Assembly (NCBI RefSeq): GCF_000092105.1
Contig: NC_014148.1
Location: 2,130,001-2,162,000, forward strand
Source: Planctopirus limnophila DSM 3776
GTDB lineage: Bacteria > Planctomycetota > Planctomycetia > Planctomycetales > Planctomycetaceae
Length of the DNA stretch: 32,000 bases
Direction of reading: 5' to 3'
The position numbers were made by a program, and so were the translations under genes. The notes below the pieces were generated by a model. The model saw nothing but the letters and a program-made list of their open reading frames with translations. It was not told the DNA's origin and made no database searches. Shown one piece after another: positions 1 to 9,178 of the stretch. Each line of letters starts with the position of its first letter. Position 1 is the first letter of the stretch.

Positions 1-1049
1 AGGGCAAACAGGGGCATGATCAGAAATGCCACCCACGGGTGGAGCGCATGCTCAAGTCGATACAGTGGTGCAATGCTTTCTCGCGTGGCGAATTCGGCTT
101 CTGCCAGATCATCGTGCATGGTTTTATGCAGGGGAATTGGCTTTCCAGGTTTCGGGGATTCCTGATCAGAATCGGACTGAAACTTTTTCAATTCATCCGT
201 CAGTCGCTTCAGAACAGCAGTCAACGTCTCATACGGCACCCAGGCTTTTGACGGGGTCATCAGACCGAGGATCACACCGGCAATCGTGGGATGGACGCCC
301 GATTTCAACACCGCCAGCCACGTCACACCACCCACAACGACATACAGCCAGACATTCCGCACGCCGACTCGATTCATCAGGAAAGTAAGTGTGATCCCCA
401 CGGCGGCGACAAACAGTCCCACGAGGGCCAGTTTTTCGGTGAAGAGGACAGCAATCAATATGACGGCCCCCAGGTCGTCCACAATGGCCAGCGAGAGCAG
501 CAGAATTTTCAGACCAATGGGGACTCGATTTCCAAAGAGCGAGAGCATGCCGACCACAAAGGCGATATCAGTCGCCATCGGAATGGTCCAGCCCTTCATT
601 GCTTCTGGCGGAACGCGAAAAACCTGACTAGCTCCCAGAAAGACGAGGGCAGGGACGATCATCCCGCCAATCGCTGCAATAATCGGGAGTGCTGCCTTGC
701 GAAGATCACTCAACTCTCCTGAAACGATCTCCCGCTTGATCTCTAAACCGACAACGAAAAAGAAGATCGTCATCAGGCCATCATTGATGACATGGAGAAA
801 ATCCTTCTTCAGAACAAAATCACCAAAGCCAATGAAACAGGATGTTTCCCAGATATGCAGAAATTGCTCACTCCAGGGAGAATTGGCTGCAATCAGCGCG
901 AAGGCCGTAGCGGCTACCAGGAGCAGGCCACTTGTCGCCTGGAGCTTCAAGAATCGTCTGACGGGCGATAACCAGCCCGCAATCTGGCTGGCAGGTAACA
1001 AACGATCTGCCGCTTGCTCGGACACAGGACGATCACCTGGGTTTGCCAT
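1..1049 (-). CDS. nhaA: Na+/H+ antiporter NhaA (N-terminal ~349 codons; C-terminus lies beyond the left window edge)
   Basis: Absent from the ORF track because it runs off the window. My reverse-strand translation from ATG 1049-1047 gives MANPGDRPVSEQ...LMTIFFFVVGLEIKREIVSGEL...GWTIPMATDIAF...LSLAIVDDLGAVILIAV...HPTIAGVILGL. This is the NhaA helix pattern, including the paired-Asp DDLGA motif. The frame stays open to position 1. Plus-strand ORFs 26-1116 are shadow frames. Confidence 0.85.
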   Translation of the reverse strand, partial: MANPGDRPVSEQAADRLLPASQIAGWLSPVRRFLKLQATSGLLLVAATAFALIAANSPWSEQFLHIWETSCFIGFGDFVLKKDFLHVINDGLMTIFFFVVGLEIKREIVSGELSDLRKAALPIIAAIGGMIVPALVFLGASQVFRVPPEAMKGWTIPMATDIAFVVGMLSLFGNRVPIGLKILLLSLAIVDDLGAVILIAVLFTEKLALVGLFVAAVGITLTFLMNRVGVRNVWLYVVVGGVTWLAVLKSGVHPTIAGVILGLMTPSKAWVPYETLTAVLKRLTDELKKFQSDSDQESPKPGKPIPLHKTMHDDLAEAEFATRESIAPLYRLEHALHPWVAFLIMPLFA

Positions 1050-1248
1050 CGATGAAGGATTCCTTGAGTCGGAAGTGAAGACATACGCCGAAGGTCAACT
1101 CGTCTCACCAGGTTGAGTATCAATTCTCAACATGGTGATGCGAGAGGTACCACAGCGGCGCCTCGGAGAAAACCTCAACCACCCGCGAAAAGACCTCGCA
1201 TGCAAAGATCCGCAGCTATCAATCCCTGATGGCCACACAACTGACGAC

Positions 1249-3174
1249 CTAAATTGACCCGCCGCGTTTGGCCTCAAGTTCTTCCCAGCGGGCGTAAGCG
1301 GTCTGTAGTTCTTGATGCAGTCGATTTAACCTCTCCGTGACAGTCGCCACATCCTGAGGAGACTGCTTGAAGAACTCAGGTTGCCCCATGCGGGTTTCGA
1401 GATTTGCCTGCTCCAACTCGAGCGATTCAATCCTGGCAGGAAGCTCAATCAGTTCTTTGTCTTCCTTAAAGCTCAGAGATTTTCCCTTTTTGGCTGCCGG
1501 TTGATTGGCGACAGGTGCTGCCTGAGCCACAACAGGTGTGTTCTGCCGAACAGACTTCTGGGCCAGCCAGTCATCATACCCGCCGACATACTCATTGACG
1601 GAACCCTCGCCCTCAAAGACGAGAGTCTGCGTGACCACATTGTTGATGAACTGCCGGTCATGACTGACAAGCAGCACTGTTCCGGGATACTCGACCAGCA
1701 AGTCTTCCAGCAATTCGAGAGTTTCGGCATCGAGATCGTTGGTCGGTTCGTCGAGAACCAGCAGGTTCGATGGCTTCGAGAACAATCGGGCTAACAATAA
1801 ACGATTGCGCTCACCTCCCGAGAGATACTTCACCAGCGTCCTGGATCTTTCCGGGGAGAAGAGAAAATCCTCCAGGTACCCAATGACATGTCTCCGGCGG
1901 CCATTGATCTCAATCATGTCCGCCCCGGGCGACACATTCTCCTGCACAGAAAGATCATCATTGAGCTGTGCCCTCAACTGGTCGAAATAAGCAATCTCCA
2001 ACCGGGTACCCAGTTTGATTTTGCCTGATTGAGGTGTGAGTTCACCCAATAGAATTCGCAAAAGTGTCGTCTTGCCACAACCATTGGGCCCGAGAATCCC
2101 AATCTTGTCGCCACGGGTGATGAGTGTTGACACATCTCTCAGTATGGTTCGCCCGCCAACTTCGTAATTCACCTTTTCAGCTAAGGCCACCACAGTGCCG
2201 GATCGCTCAGCCTCCTGGTGAAGCTCAACTTTGACATTGCCCACTTTGGCCCGGCGGGCCGCCCGCTCTTTGCGCATCTCCATCAGTGCCTTGACGCGCC
2301 CTTGATTCCTGACGTTACGAGCTTTGACACCTTTACGAATCCAGACCTCTTCTTGAGCCAATTTCTTGTCGAAAAGAGCTTGTTCATGTTCCTCGGCAGC
2401 CAGGGCGGCTTCTTTTCGCTGCAGAAATGTCTGATAATCACATGTCCAGTCGAACAGACGGGCGCGGTCAATCTCGATGATCCTCGTAGCCAGTCGCTGC
2501 AGAAACATGCGGTCGTGTGTCACGAAGATCAACGTTCCTGAGAATCGGAGCAGAAATTCTTCGAGCCAGCGAATCGCTTCAATATCCAGGTGGTTGGTGG
2601 GTTCATCGAGCAGGAGCACATCGGGTTCGATCACCAGCGATTTAGCCAGCAGTACCCGGCGTTTCATCCCCGAAGAAAGGCTGTCAAAGAGCCGATCATG
2701 CGGTAGTTCCATTCGTTCGATAATCTGCTCGACCTGATGCTCCCATTCCCAGGCATAGGCAGGATCGAGCGTGGCAGATAACTCTTCCATGCGCCTGATT
2801 TCATCGGCTGTTCGCGGATTTGCCCCAGTATTCTGGCTCAATTGATTCTGGCTCAATTGGTGCAACCAGTACTGAGCCGCGACAGCTTCCCCATGAGAGC
2901 CTAAGCCACGGGCCACTTCATCAAAGACTGTCCCCACCACGCCTCGCGGAACATCCTGAATCTGCCGGGCGAGTTTGATACCTGATTGAACCTCAACGAG
3001 GCCCGTATCGGGCTTCAACTCACTGAGCATCAACTTCATCAGGGTCGATTTACCGGTACCATTTCGACCCACCAGACAGACTCGTTCGCCCAGCTCCACC
3101 TGAACTGTCGCGTTCTCAATCAGTGGCTTTCCACCATAACTGAAACTCAGCTCTTTCAATCCCAAAACAGCCAT
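1249..3174 (-). CDS. uup: ABC-F family ATPase, Uup-like (two ABC ATPase domains plus C-terminal coiled coil)
   Basis: There are two Walker A motifs (GRNGTGKST and GPNGCGKTT), two ABC signatures (LSSGMKRR and LSGGERNR) and two Walker B motifs (LLLDEPTNHLD and LVLDEPTNDLD). The C-terminal tail is charged and coiled-coil-like, ending in RWEELEAKR. No transmembrane domain gene is adjacent. The track start at 3192 is TTG. I prefer ATG at 3174 (MAVLGLKELSFSYGGKPL), which matches the usual Uup N-terminus. Confidence 0.85.
   Translation of the reverse strand: MAVLGLKELSFSYGGKPLIENATVQVELGERVCLVGRNGTGKSTLMKLMLSELKPDTGLVEVQSGIKLARQIQDVPRGVVGTVFDEVARGLGSHGEAVAAQYWLHQLSQNQLSQNTGANPRTADEIRRMEELSATLDPAYAWEWEHQVEQIIERMELPHDRLFDSLSSGMKRRVLLAKSLVIEPDVLLLDEPTNHLDIEAIRWLEEFLLRFSGTLIFVTHDRMFLQRLATRIIEIDRARLFDWTCDYQTFLQRKEAALAAEEHEQALFDKKLAQEEVWIRKGVKARNVRNQGRVKALMEMRKERAARRAKVGNVKVELHQEAERSGTVVALAEKVNYEVGGRTILRDVSTLITRGDKIGILGPNGCGKTTLLRILLGELTPQSGKIKLGTRLEIAYFDQLRAQLNDDLSVQENVSPGADMIEINGRRRHVIGYLEDFLFSPERSRTLVKYLSGGERNRLLLARLFSKPSNLLVLDEPTNDLDAETLELLEDLLVEYPGTVLLVSHDRQFINNVVTQTLVFEGEGSVNEYVGGYDDWLAQKSVRQNTPVVAQAAPVANQPAAKKGKSLSFKEDKELIELPARIESLELEQANLETRMGQPEFFKQSPQDVATVTERLNRLHQELQTAYARWEELEAKRGGSI
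2830..2859. repeat. Perfect 15-bp tandem duplication inside uup (coding strand caattgagccagaat x2, giving LSQNQ-LSQNQ... read as QLSQN QLSQN)
   Basis: Read directly: plus strand 2830-2844 (attctggctcaattg) is identical to 2845-2859. The duplication is in frame and gives ...HQLSQNQLSQNTG... in the protein. Confidence 0.95.
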
Positions 3175-3531
3175 CCGGCAAATGCCTTTCAAGTGCGATT
3201 GAATTTCAATAACGCCTGTTTGCTTCCTGAGAAGCTAACAGGTAGGAGGGAAAATCACATTCTCATCGAAATCCCACAGGAAATCCCTCAAATATGGATA
3301 ACTACCGATAGAGATTCTTCAATCAAGATTGTGTTATATGATGCTCGCGCGAAGTTTTCTCAGTCTAGTTTTTATCGCGAAATTATTCGCTTTACACTTT
3401 CATGTGTCACAAAGTCCGACAAAATGTCTGTAACGCCGACAAGCTTTAACACCAATTCCCATCCGATGCGATAGGTTTGGTGTCCTTCGCCTGTGGACAT
3501 TCCAAATAAGTGTTTTTCAAGGGTTTGAACC

Positions 3532-6219
3532 ATGCATATCGCAGAGCATAGGTCATCCCTCGATTTTCTTGCTGACTACAAGAGCTTCCTGGAAACAGTC
3601 CCGGCCGGTGCTGAACTGCTTGATGCCGATGGCCGTGTGATTTACGCCAACGCCGAGTATTTTCGAATATTTGGCTGTCCACCTCGTCGCTCGGAAGGTT
3701 CACCCTGGCTGCAGCGCTTCCAAAACCACAATTTGATGGAGGCCACACGCCAATGGGAAGGTGTTCAACACGATGAAGAGATTGAAGGCGAGCAAACCGA
3801 ACAAACTTATGACGGCTCGCGAGTCTTCATTCGTTATCGTTTTTGCCAACTGCACAGGGTGAATGGCGATTCCACACTCAGGCTTTTTGTACGGTATTCT
3901 CAGCAAGTCCCCGCGGTCAGTTCCTGCGAACCCCCGGCATGCTCCACTGGATCGCCTTGTATTCCTTTGATCGAACAACTGCCCATTATTGCCTGGGCAG
4001 CCGATGCCAGGAACAACTGCACCTACGTCAATACCTTCTGGCATCAATTTACTGGTGCTGCTCATCATGAGCATCTCGGGCAAGGTTGGCTGAATTTCAT
4101 CCACCCAGAGGATCTGGAGAGAATTCGTTCAGCAGATGAAAATCAGGCCACTTCCGATCTGCAATACCGCATTCGCAGGAAGGATGGCGAGTATCGCTGG
4201 TTTCTCGAATTCAGCAAGCCCTGCGTGAACCAGGATGGCCAGATTGATGGCTACACAGGGATCTGTATCGATACCACTGAGAGTCTTCGTGAATCGCGTG
4301 TTTCTGTCGAGCGAAAAAAGCAATTGCGTGCCATGGTCGAGCACGCTCCGGGAGTCGCTATTCAATGGTTTGATCGAGAAGGGCGGATTCAACTCTGGAA
4401 TGCCGCTTCGACCCAGATGTTTGGTTTTACTGCCGAAGAAGCCATCGGAAAAACTTACGACGAACTCATTCACACTCCCGCAGAGTTTGCCTGCTTGCTC
4501 AAGACTCTGGATGAGATAGTACAAACGGGCCAGTCGATTGGTCCGAATGAGTATCAATTTCATCGAAAAGACGGCTCCACTGGAACTTGCCTCTCGACAC
4601 TCTTTTGTATTCCCTCCCATGACGAACAGCCTTTGTTCTGCTGCATGGATATCGACATTACCGAGCGCATCCAGACGGAAAATGCACTCCGGGAAAGTGA
4701 AGCCAAGTTCCGCACCCTAGCCAAAAATTTCCCGGATGCGATCTTCATTCTCGACCCCGATGAATCTCAATTGCCACTCAAGATTGCCTTCGCGAATGAC
4801 GCAGTCCGCACGATTCATGGCTACCAACCCGAAGAACTCATTGGCCAATCGCTGGCTAAAAAAATTGACGACGCACCCACAGCCGATCAGGTCCCCGAGA
4901 GAATTTCCCGCCTTAGAAAAGGCGAAGTGCTTCGATTCGATGCGACACATATCCATCGGGATGGTCACACCATCCCCATGAGTGTGACCGCCTGCATGAT
5001 TTCCTGGGATGGCAAAACGATGCTGCTGGGAATCAACCGGGATATGTCTTTGCAAAAGGCTGCCGAAGAAGCGCAGCGCGAAAGTGAAGCTCGTTTCCGA
5101 TCGGCGTTTTATTCTTCTGCCACAGGGATGGCGATTGTCTCCCTTAAAGGAGAATTCCTGGATGCGAATACTGCTCTTTGCAGCATGCTGGGGTACTCAC
5201 TTGAAGAATTGACCTCGACAAGTTTCCCGGCCATTACGCACCCGACAGAAGTTGATCGCGATATCCATGCGATGAAACGTCTGATTCGTGGAGAAATTCC
5301 TTTTTACACGACGGAAAAGCGATATCGCCGCCAAGACGGCAGCTACGTCCCGATTTATATCTCAGCAGCTCTGGTCCGTAACAGCCACGGAGATCCCGCC
5401 TATTTTGTCTCACAAATGCTCGACCTCTCTGAGAAAAAACGGCTTGAGCAGGAATTGATCCAGAACCAGCGTCTCTCGGTGATGAAGCAAATGGCCAGCG
5501 GGCTCTCTCACGATTTCAATAACCTCATTTCTGTCATCCTCGGTTATTGCGAGACACTTCTGATCAGACCAGACACCACCGATCAGCAGCGAAGTCTGAT
5601 TTTACCGATCCGTGAAGCAGGGCATCATGCTTCGCGGATGATCAGGCAACTCATCGCGTTCAGCCGCAAACAGCCCGTGGCCTTCGAACGGATCAATTTG
5701 AATTCCATCATTCGCAGTATGGAAATGATGGTTCGTGGCATCCTGCGACAGAACTTTGTGCTGGATCTTCGTTTGGCCGAACTCCTCCCCAACATCATGG
5801 CAGATCCCGTGCAGATCGATCAGATTCTGGTGAATCTGGCCATCAATGCCCGCGATGCCATGCCGGAAGGAGGAACATTCGCAATCAAAACCGAGTGGGT
5901 CTCGTCACATGCCGACCACCCACAATCGATACGCACCACGGAAACAGTCGTGCAGGCGAATGATCTTGTCCGCATCACTGTCAGCGATACGGGAACCGGT
6001 ATCCCGAAAGATCTCATCCCGCGCATTTTCGAACCGTTCTTTACGACAAAAGGCGAGGGACAAGGCCATGGACTGGGTCTCTCCGTCGTTCACGGAATCG
6101 TCAATCAGGCCGGTGGCACCATTCGCGTCTTCAGCGAGCCAGGAAAGGGGACCACGTTCGAAATCGACCTTCCCGCCTGTGTCGGGCCCATCTCCCCGGA
6201 TCGTCCCGAAGCTCCCTGA
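3532..6219 (+). CDS. Soluble multi-PAS sensor histidine kinase (no receiver domain, no obvious TM segment)
   Basis: The 895-aa ORF has an ATG start. Several PAS-like modules carry repeated motifs of the type ...YRIRRKDGEYRWF..., ...HRKDGSTG..., ...HIHRDGHTIP..., ...RYRRQDGSYVP.... The HisKA H-box is MASGLSHDFNNLISVILGY. The HATPase_c N-box is LVNLAINARDAM, the G1 box DTGTGIP and the G2 box GHGLGLS. Confidence 0.85.
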   Translation: MHIAEHRSSLDFLADYKSFLETVPAGAELLDADGRVIYANAEYFRIFGCPPRRSEGSPWLQRFQNHNLMEATRQWEGVQHDEEIEGEQTEQTYDGSRVFIRYRFCQLHRVNGDSTLRLFVRYSQQVPAVSSCEPPACSTGSPCIPLIEQLPIIAWAADARNNCTYVNTFWHQFTGAAHHEHLGQGWLNFIHPEDLERIRSADENQATSDLQYRIRRKDGEYRWFLEFSKPCVNQDGQIDGYTGICIDTTESLRESRVSVERKKQLRAMVEHAPGVAIQWFDREGRIQLWNAASTQMFGFTAEEAIGKTYDELIHTPAEFACLLKTLDEIVQTGQSIGPNEYQFHRKDGSTGTCLSTLFCIPSHDEQPLFCCMDIDITERIQTENALRESEAKFRTLAKNFPDAIFILDPDESQLPLKIAFANDAVRTIHGYQPEELIGQSLAKKIDDAPTADQVPERISRLRKGEVLRFDATHIHRDGHTIPMSVTACMISWDGKTMLLGINRDMSLQKAAEEAQRESEARFRSAFYSSATGMAIVSLKGEFLDANTALCSMLGYSLEELTSTSFPAITHPTEVDRDIHAMKRLIRGEIPFYTTEKRYRRQDGSYVPIYISAALVRNSHGDPAYFVSQMLDLSEKKRLEQELIQNQRLSVMKQMASGLSHDFNNLISVILGYCETLLIRPDTTDQQRSLILPIREAGHHASRMIRQLIAFSRKQPVAFERINLNSIIRSMEMMVRGILRQNFVLDLRLAELLPNIMADPVQIDQILVNLAINARDAMPEGGTFAIKTEWVSSHADHPQSIRTTETVVQANDLVRITVSDTGTGIPKDLIPRIFEPFFTTKGEGQGHGLGLSVVHGIVNQAGGTIRVFSEPGKGTTFEIDLPACVGPISPDRPEAP

Positions 6220-6231
6220 AGCTCAACGCCC

Positions 6232-7305
6232 TCATCGACTGCGAGGAGAAAGTTCCTCAAAGAACCTTTTGATCTCGATTTCCAGGCTTTCAGGTTCTTT
6301 GCCTAGACTTTCAATGAAATGGCGTAGCCGCCGGGAAGTAATCGATTCGTCTGCCTTTCGCTCCATTTCATGAGAGGTCGTGAGCAGTCGAACATATTGG
6401 CTGGGCCTGGTTTCCAGCAGAAAGAATGTCACAGCCCAGGCTTGGGCATACGCATCCAGAGCACGAGTTTCAAAGAGATCGTCACTTTCGATCAAAGCTC
6501 GCAACCAGCCCCGAGGCATCTTCTGTTGCATGGCACGAAAGTGCAGAAACCTTTCCCGGTTGATGCGATCCCACGCACTCGCTTGCCGATCCCGCTTTCG
6601 TAGGGCGTCATTCTCGAACGCCATAGCTAAGCCTTCAATCATCCAGACGGGCCCCGGCTCAATTCTCGAATGCAGACCATAATTGAAACCCAGTTGGTGA
6701 ACCGCTTCGTGAATAAGTGTGGCATGACGTTCACGCAACGATTGATGCTTTTCACCTGGCGAGAGCAAAATTCGATTACTCTCGACCAGATAAACCCCTG
6801 CCAGATTTTCCCGTGCTCTTTTGGGACGAATCTTCACCAGCTGATCAAACTCAGCCTGTCGGGACGGCATGACAACGACGAGCGGAAACTCCAGTGGCGC
6901 AGGAGTATGGCCATACACACTCAACCAGCCCACAAAATCGCGGCGAACTTCATCGAACAACTCTTTCAGTTCGTTTTCTACACTCGCAGGTGCCGCCACG
7001 ATCAACCCATCTGTCGCTGCCACACGCAGAGCTGGCCATTCCCGCACGAGCTGACTCTTCATCTCGACCGTTGTCATGGGCGAAAATTCGCCCGGCAACA
7101 CCTGATAACGACTCACTTTGGCGAGATCGATCAACCGTTGAGATCCATCAGCCAACTGAAACCAGCATTGAACCGAATCCCTGGCCACCACGCGCCCGCG
7201 CAACATTTCTCCTTCGTACGAAATTTCCAAGCAGCGATCATCTGCCGGTAAACTGGCAGAGAAAGATAACCACACACAGCAGGCCCACAAAGTCGCGCGA
7301 AACAT
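6232..7305 (-). CDS. Secreted DUF1570-like protein with an HExxH motif (putative zinc metallopeptidase)
   Basis: The ORF is 6232-7368. An internal ATG at 7305 gives a clean signal peptide, MFRATLWACCVWLSFSASLPADD. The HEAVHQL motif is followed by WMIEGLAMAFE, the pattern I associate with DUF1570 proteins common in Planctomycetes. The family call is from memory. Confidence 0.6.
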   Translation of the reverse strand: MFRATLWACCVWLSFSASLPADDRCLEISYEGEMLRGRVVARDSVQCWFQLADGSQRLIDLAKVSRYQVLPGEFSPMTTVEMKSQLVREWPALRVAATDGLIVAAPASVENELKELFDEVRRDFVGWLSVYGHTPAPLEFPLVVVMPSRQAEFDQLVKIRPKRARENLAGVYLVESNRILLSPGEKHQSLRERHATLIHEAVHQLGFNYGLHSRIEPGPVWMIEGLAMAFENDALRKRDRQASAWDRINRERFLHFRAMQQKMPRGWLRALIESDDLFETRALDAYAQAWAVTFFLLETRPSQYVRLLTTSHEMERKADESITSRRLRHFIESLGKEPESLEIEIKRFFEELSPRSR

Positions 7306-7644
7306 AAAAACCACTCGTGGAGCAAGGTACCTGGGGGAGACACACTCTGGCCTGATTCTCGTGACCATTCTTCAGCCAGATCTTGCGAATCTTCTCCTGA
7401 TCGTCGCCTCCTTTGCGTATGATCGAAGAGAATATCGCAGAGGGCAGGGAAGTAGTGGCCGAAGATTGCCATGGTCAGCAAACCTGGAACCCCCAGTAAA
7501 CAATCTAGTTTTTATTCGAGCACAAGCCGCACGATTTCACAGTTCGTTAGAGGAACGCCCCAAAATCATTCATCATGTTGCTGTTGAAAAAATTCAACTC
7601 GACGGATCAAGGAAGGTTTTGGCCACCTCTTCGAGGAAAGAGAC

Positions 7645-9000
7645 ATGCCAGACACTACGTTTTTTCGATATTTATCGACTCTATCGATTGTGACGCTGGC
7701 ACTGTGTTCATGGGAACAGCTTTCATGGGAACAGATTGATGCAGGCGAGATTCGTCCCGTCGAACCCCTCCCGATGAGTGATCCTCAGCTTCCTGCTCTT
7801 GTTGCACAAAAGATTCGACAGCTCTCATCCCGGCAACTCGAAATTCGCCAGACTGCCGAAAAAGGTCTGGTTGAATTGGGGCCGGAGGCTTTGCCATTTC
7901 TTCCATCTCCTGAAGTTCTGGGAGATGCTTCCAGCCGTGATGCATTACGTCGTGTGCGCCAGCAGTTAGAGATGTTACGTGCCCGTGAGGCCGCACAACC
8001 TTCGCGTATCACTCTTTCGGGAACGTTCACCGCCAATCGTCTCGAAGCCGAGTTTTTGCAACAAACGTCCAATCCAGTCCGTTTATTGAAGAATTCACCC
8101 GAAACGACATACACCGTCAACTGGCAGGGTCTGACATTCTGGGAAGCGATCGCGAACCTGCTGGAGGTTTCCGACCTGGCCATCGATCCCGATTCCATGG
8201 GCTCGACGTTAACTCTCATCTCCTCGACGAAATCAGCGGCAGAGAGATCTATCATTCCCTCCGGGCCCTTTGCCTGGAGTGTCGAGTCGATCGAACAGAA
8301 GCAACTCAGTGGCACGCCGGGTTCCATCGCCAGACTTCACATTCGAGTCCGAACGGAACCTCGACTTGATCCACTCTTTGTGTTTGTGAACAGTCAGGAC
8401 TGGAACGTGAATGCTCTGGTTAAGACCGCCGGTGAAAATGTTCCTGCTCTTGAGAAGTTGAATTTGTGGAACCCTTCCGCTCGATACGAACTGGTGGCGG
8501 GTTCAGTTCAGCAGGGCACGACGTTCACCATCGATGCCATCCTGCCGGAAGGCAAAATCCCCAGCGAATATCAGATTTCCGGCAAGGCATTGATTCACAC
8601 CGGCCTCGTGAAGCAAGAGTTTGATTTTGCGGCGAATCGACTCAAACCTGGCCAATCGATTCGTCGTGGCGGAGTGACCATCACGATTCGAGCTGTCTCA
8701 GCACCCGAAACAAAACCTGCGACAATCGAACTTTCAACCGCATACGACGTGAGCGGCCCGGCCTTCGAATCGCACCGTGCCTGGGTGTTCCACCGTCAGG
8801 CATGGATCAAACGCGGCAAAACTGGCACCCTCGAGCCATTTGTGGAATTGAATGTCACCCAGGCCGCTGCGGGGATCACCATGGCCGAGTTCACTTTTGC
8901 CAATCCTCTCACCGAAAGTGATACGTTCGTTTACTCGGCTCCGCTTTTGCTTTCCGATCTTGAAGCCACGCTCAAAACAACCATCCCAGTGGCCAGGTAG
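7645..9000 (+). CDS. Secreted hypothetical protein (N-terminal signal peptide, short helical repeat-like segment, beta-rich C-terminal part)
   Basis: The 451-aa ORF starts at ATG with a hydrophobic N-terminus (FFRYLSTLSIVTLALCS). It is divergent from the DUF1570-like gene. I recognise no catalytic motif. Confidence 0.65.
   Translation: MPDTTFFRYLSTLSIVTLALCSWEQLSWEQIDAGEIRPVEPLPMSDPQLPALVAQKIRQLSSRQLEIRQTAEKGLVELGPEALPFLPSPEVLGDASSRDALRRVRQQLEMLRAREAAQPSRITLSGTFTANRLEAEFLQQTSNPVRLLKNSPETTYTVNWQGLTFWEAIANLLEVSDLAIDPDSMGSTLTLISSTKSAAERSIIPSGPFAWSVESIEQKQLSGTPGSIARLHIRVRTEPRLDPLFVFVNSQDWNVNALVKTAGENVPALEKLNLWNPSARYELVAGSVQQGTTFTIDAILPEGKIPSEYQISGKALIHTGLVKQEFDFAANRLKPGQSIRRGGVTITIRAVSAPETKPATIELSTAYDVSGPAFESHRAWVFHRQAWIKRGKTGTLEPFVELNVTQAAAGITMAEFTFANPLTESDTFVYSAPLLLSDLEATLKTTIPVAR
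7708..7737. repeat. Near-perfect (13/15) in-frame 15-bp tandem duplication at the signal-peptide end of the 7645 gene (SWEQL-SWEQI)
   Basis: Read directly: the sequence is tcatgggaacagctt followed by tcatgggaacagatt. Confidence 0.9.
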
Positions 9001-9178
9001 TTCCGAATGCTACAAAACGCTCTGGCTCAGCGAACAATCGGCAAGTTGCCTTGACCGGAACGCCGGGTTGCTCAAAACTTCCCATGATTCTTCAGCCTTG
9101 GCTGGCACTTGCGCCCGAACTCGGCGACGATTTGTCACATCAGTCTCTTTGTTTCCTTTGCATGATAGAACAGCTTCA

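Noticed and set aside
26-1116. Plus-strand ORFs 26-388, 39-251, 286-627, 291-722 and 697-1116
   Set aside because: Their sequences are Arg/Ser/Pro/Thr-rich and not protein-like. They lie antisense to a clean NhaA reading frame that runs from 1049 off the left edge.
6670-7251. 193-aa plus-strand ORF, with neighbours at 6370-6682 and 6894-7307
   Set aside because: It lies antisense to the DUF1570-like gene, which has a signal peptide and the HExxH motif. No features support the antisense frames.
8852-9178. 109-codon N-terminal extension of the glyQS ORF as given in the track
   Set aside because: It overlaps the 3' end of the 7645-9000 gene and reads as low-quality sequence. The conserved GlyRS N-terminus (MTQYSMDKIVALAKRRG) starts at ATG 9179.
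9001-9178. Possible T-box or other leader riboswitch upstream of glyQS
   Set aside because: I found no specifier-loop or T-box consensus (AANNNGGGTGGNACCGCG-like). The region is short and lacks a terminator/antiterminator pair.
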